Positions 62,431 through 64,000 of a stretch of DNA of 64,000 bases are shown here, piece by piece. A program made the translations under genes and the position numbers. Every line of letters begins with the position of its first letter. Within the stretch, counting starts at the first letter, position 1. The notes under the pieces were generated by a model. It did no database searches. It had not been told where the DNA came from and saw nothing but the letters and a program-made list of their open reading frames with translations. Source of the DNA: Vicinamibacterales bacterium (GTDB lineage Bacteria > Acidobacteriota > Vicinamibacteria > Vicinamibacterales > UBA8438); NCBI GenBank assembly GCA_965197375.1, contig CBDAMZ010000009.1, forward strand, positions 137,956-201,955, read 5' to 3'.

Positions 62431-62453
62431 GGGTTCGACTCCCGCCGCTTCCA
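62431..62453 (+). other. tRNA/tmRNA 3'-end-like fragment (T-arm + acceptor 3' strand), putative integrase attachment-site remnant
   Basis: TCGGG-TTCGACT-CCCGC followed by CGCTTCC-A: a GGGTTCGAnTCCC T-stem/loop consensus plus a 7-nt acceptor-like strand and discriminator. No D-arm, anticodon arm or 5' acceptor lies within the preceding ~90 nt, so this is not an intact tRNA. Confidence 0.45.
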
Positions 62454-62788
62454 AGGTCGCGTGCGGCTCAGCGCCGGCCACCGAGCAGGCCCGCACTGCA
62501 GAGGACGTACAGGCACGTCCTGCGCGGCGGTTCGGCTCTCTTGTGCCGCGCTGTCCGCCCGCCACGCGTACGCGTCGCTGGCCGACGCTCGATCGTCGTT
62601 CGGTGACAACGGCAGTCGTGACGATGGTGCCCCGCGGCGCCTGATCAGCGCGTAGTCGTCTCTGCGGTCCACGATCTCACGCCGTCCACAGAGGGTCTTC
62701 AACGCCCTCGGACATCTGATTGCGAACGAGGGGCACGATGAGGGGAAGAGATTACAGCTACAGCTGTAAGATATTGCTATAGAATGAG

Positions 62789-63935
62789 TTACTTCGACTC
62801 TATGGCAGACGCCCAGTCGTTCATCAGCCGCCGCCGACGCTCGAAGAGATCACTGCGCGCGTAGGCCGCCTCGGTGGAGTTCTGTACCGTATGGGCGAGC
62901 GCGGCCTCGACCACCTGCGGGGTGTGCTCGTCCGTTCCGCGGCCCAGTCCCGGAAGCTCGACCGGAACCCATGCGGCACGGCGGCGATGCCGAGTTCCTT
63001 GGTCAATTTCGATAGCGTCATGTTGGAGAGTGGCTTCCCGCGCAGGCTGCGGAACACGAGACCGGTGCCGTCACTGCGTCTCCGTACGTCGTGCAGGATC
63101 GTCAGCGCCCGCCCCGAGAGCGGAACGCGGTGATCCCGCTTCGCCTTCATGCGCGCGGCTGGAATAGTCCAGACGCGCGCGTCCCGGTCCATTGCGTCCC
63201 ACGTCGCCAGGCGTACCTCGCCGGACCGCGCCGCCGTCAGCACCAGGAACTCGAACGCCCGCTTGGTGGGGACCGAGGCCTGGGAGGCTCGCACGGTCGC
63301 GAGGGCGTCCGCCACCGCGCCGTGCGGCAGCGCCCGCATGTGCTGGACGACGGCTTACTGCCGCCGAGGGCGTCGCCCGCAGGGTTGTCCGGCCGGTAAC
63401 CCATGGCGACCGCCCACTTCATCACGGCACCGATCCGCTGGCGCACGCGCCGTGCGGTCTCGGGCTTGTCGTGCCAGATCGGGGTGAGGATGGCCAAGAC
63501 GTCGGCCGTCGACACCTCGGACACAGGCAGCGCCCCGATGCGCGGGAACGCATAGGCGCGCAGACTGCGCGGCCAGTCCCGCGCGTGCTTGGCATTGCGC
63601 CAGCTGGGGCGCTGCTGCGCCAACACCTCGGCGGCGGCCTCCTCGACCGTGGGCACGCCTTGGCCATGGCGCTTCTCGGCCAGCGGGTCTCCGCCCGCCC
63701 GGGCCCGCTGGCGGTTTACGAACGCCGCGTTGCGCGCCTCGGCCAGTGACACCAGCGGGTAGCCGCCGAGTCCGAGCATCCGGGGCCGGCCCCGAATGAC
63801 CAGCCGTTGTACCCACTGGCGCGCCCCGGACGGATCCACGCGCAAGTTCAGTCCGTGGCCGTCGCAATAGAACCCGGGCTCGGCGGTACGCACAAAGGCG
63901 GCGCGGCGCCCGGGGGTGATTGAGGTCGCATCCGC
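62789..63935 (-). pseudogene. int: P4-type tyrosine integrase paralogous to 10560..11771, inactivated by several frameshifts/stop
   Basis: ORF 63237..63893 (FVRTAEPGFYCDGHGLNLRVDPSGARQWVQRLVIRGRPRMLGLGG...) is ~87% identical by eye to the left integrase over ~175 aa. The frame breaks near 63340-63360 (..QTAAAVVQHMRALPH, with an in-frame TAA). ORF 62824..63339 continues (KRAFEFLVLTAARSGEV...HGFRSSFRDWAAERTSTP). A 1-nt loss follows, and the tail QVVEAALAHTVQNSTEAAYARSDLFERRRRLMNDWASAIESK* ends at 62789. No in-frame ATG lies upstream of GTG 63893. Confidence 0.85.
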
Positions 63936-64000
63936 AGGGTGTTGTTGTGCTCAAGTGGTAGCTATACGGTAGCTACGTCAACAACAAGTTCCTGCGAAAT

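Larger units (their letters stand above)
61373..62443 (+). repeat. 1.07-kb direct repeat, copy B
   Basis: See copy A. It ends at GGGTTCGACTCCC (62431-62443). Confidence 0.8.

Noticed and set aside
62278-62453. Possible intact tRNA-like or tmRNA gene. GGAAGCG at 62278-62284 is a perfect complement of the acceptor-like CGCTTCC at 62446-62452, giving a 176-nt RNA with a T-arm. I also tested the region 62170-62453 for tmRNA features.
   Set aside because: At 176 nt it is too long for a tRNA and too short for a tmRNA. No D-arm or anticodon arm can be folded. The candidate tag frames end in ..SFT* rather than an Ala-rich tag. The 7-mer is not conserved in repeat copy A (GGAGCG). The region is simply the upstream/promoter side of higB. 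I kept only the 3'-end fragment as an att-like remnant.

Overview
High-GC bacterial chromosomal segment. Gene content (CarboxypepD_reg-type TonB receptors, a DUF5916-like outer-membrane protein, TPR fusions) suggests an Acidobacteriota/Gemmatimonadota-like soil organism, but that is inference only. All domain calls come from motif recognition by eye; no searches were run. Self-derived coordinates are anchored to the ORF track and may be off by 1-2 nt.

Positions 1-10.3 kb look like ordinary core genes: a BioF-like PLP enzyme, a CxxCH/Cu-monooxygenase-like/TPR protein, an outer-membrane barrel, a C45 peptidase, a SAM methyltransferase and a short MetE-type methionine synthase.

From about 10.3 kb to the window end the sequence is a mosaic, partly decayed genomic island.
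- It opens with an intact P4-type tyrosine integrase (10560..11771) plus an AlpA/primase module.
- It closes with a paralogous, inward-facing integrase that carries several frameshifts (62789..63935). That integrase sits next to a tRNA/tmRNA 3'-end-like att fragment.
- Defence or DNA-conflict genes inside: a nonsense-interrupted GmrSD-like DUF262/DUF1524 gene, a VRR-NUC-like protein, an AddB/AddA-like helicase-nuclease pair, a DUF6602-like PD-(D/E)XK ORF, a frameshifted OLD-family ATPase-Toprim nuclease and two higBA copies.
- Cargo genes: nirK, an intact TonB-dependent receptor, a cadherin-repeat protein and a GAF-LuxR regulator.
- Mobile DNA: one apparently complete IS1595-family element with passenger ORFs, plus debris of IS256, IS6, IS110 and IS3 elements.

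The most interesting unexplained items are:
1. A visibly AT-richer two-gene module of giant proteins (665 aa + 1546 aa). The larger has a lipase-like alpha/beta-hydrolase head and no recognisable NTPase.
2. An unclassified ~1-kb repeat family (2 full and 2 truncated copies, plus a divergent ORF paralog) carrying a conserved 121-123-aa ORF and a conserved ~260-nt leader.
3. A tyrosine recombinase gene bracketed by long perfect palindromes whose central dinucleotides are mutually inverted.
4. Two 1.07-kb direct repeats (higBA plus upstream region) that end exactly at a T-loop-like core and flank the OLD cassette.

No CRISPR array, rRNA or intact tRNA was found.
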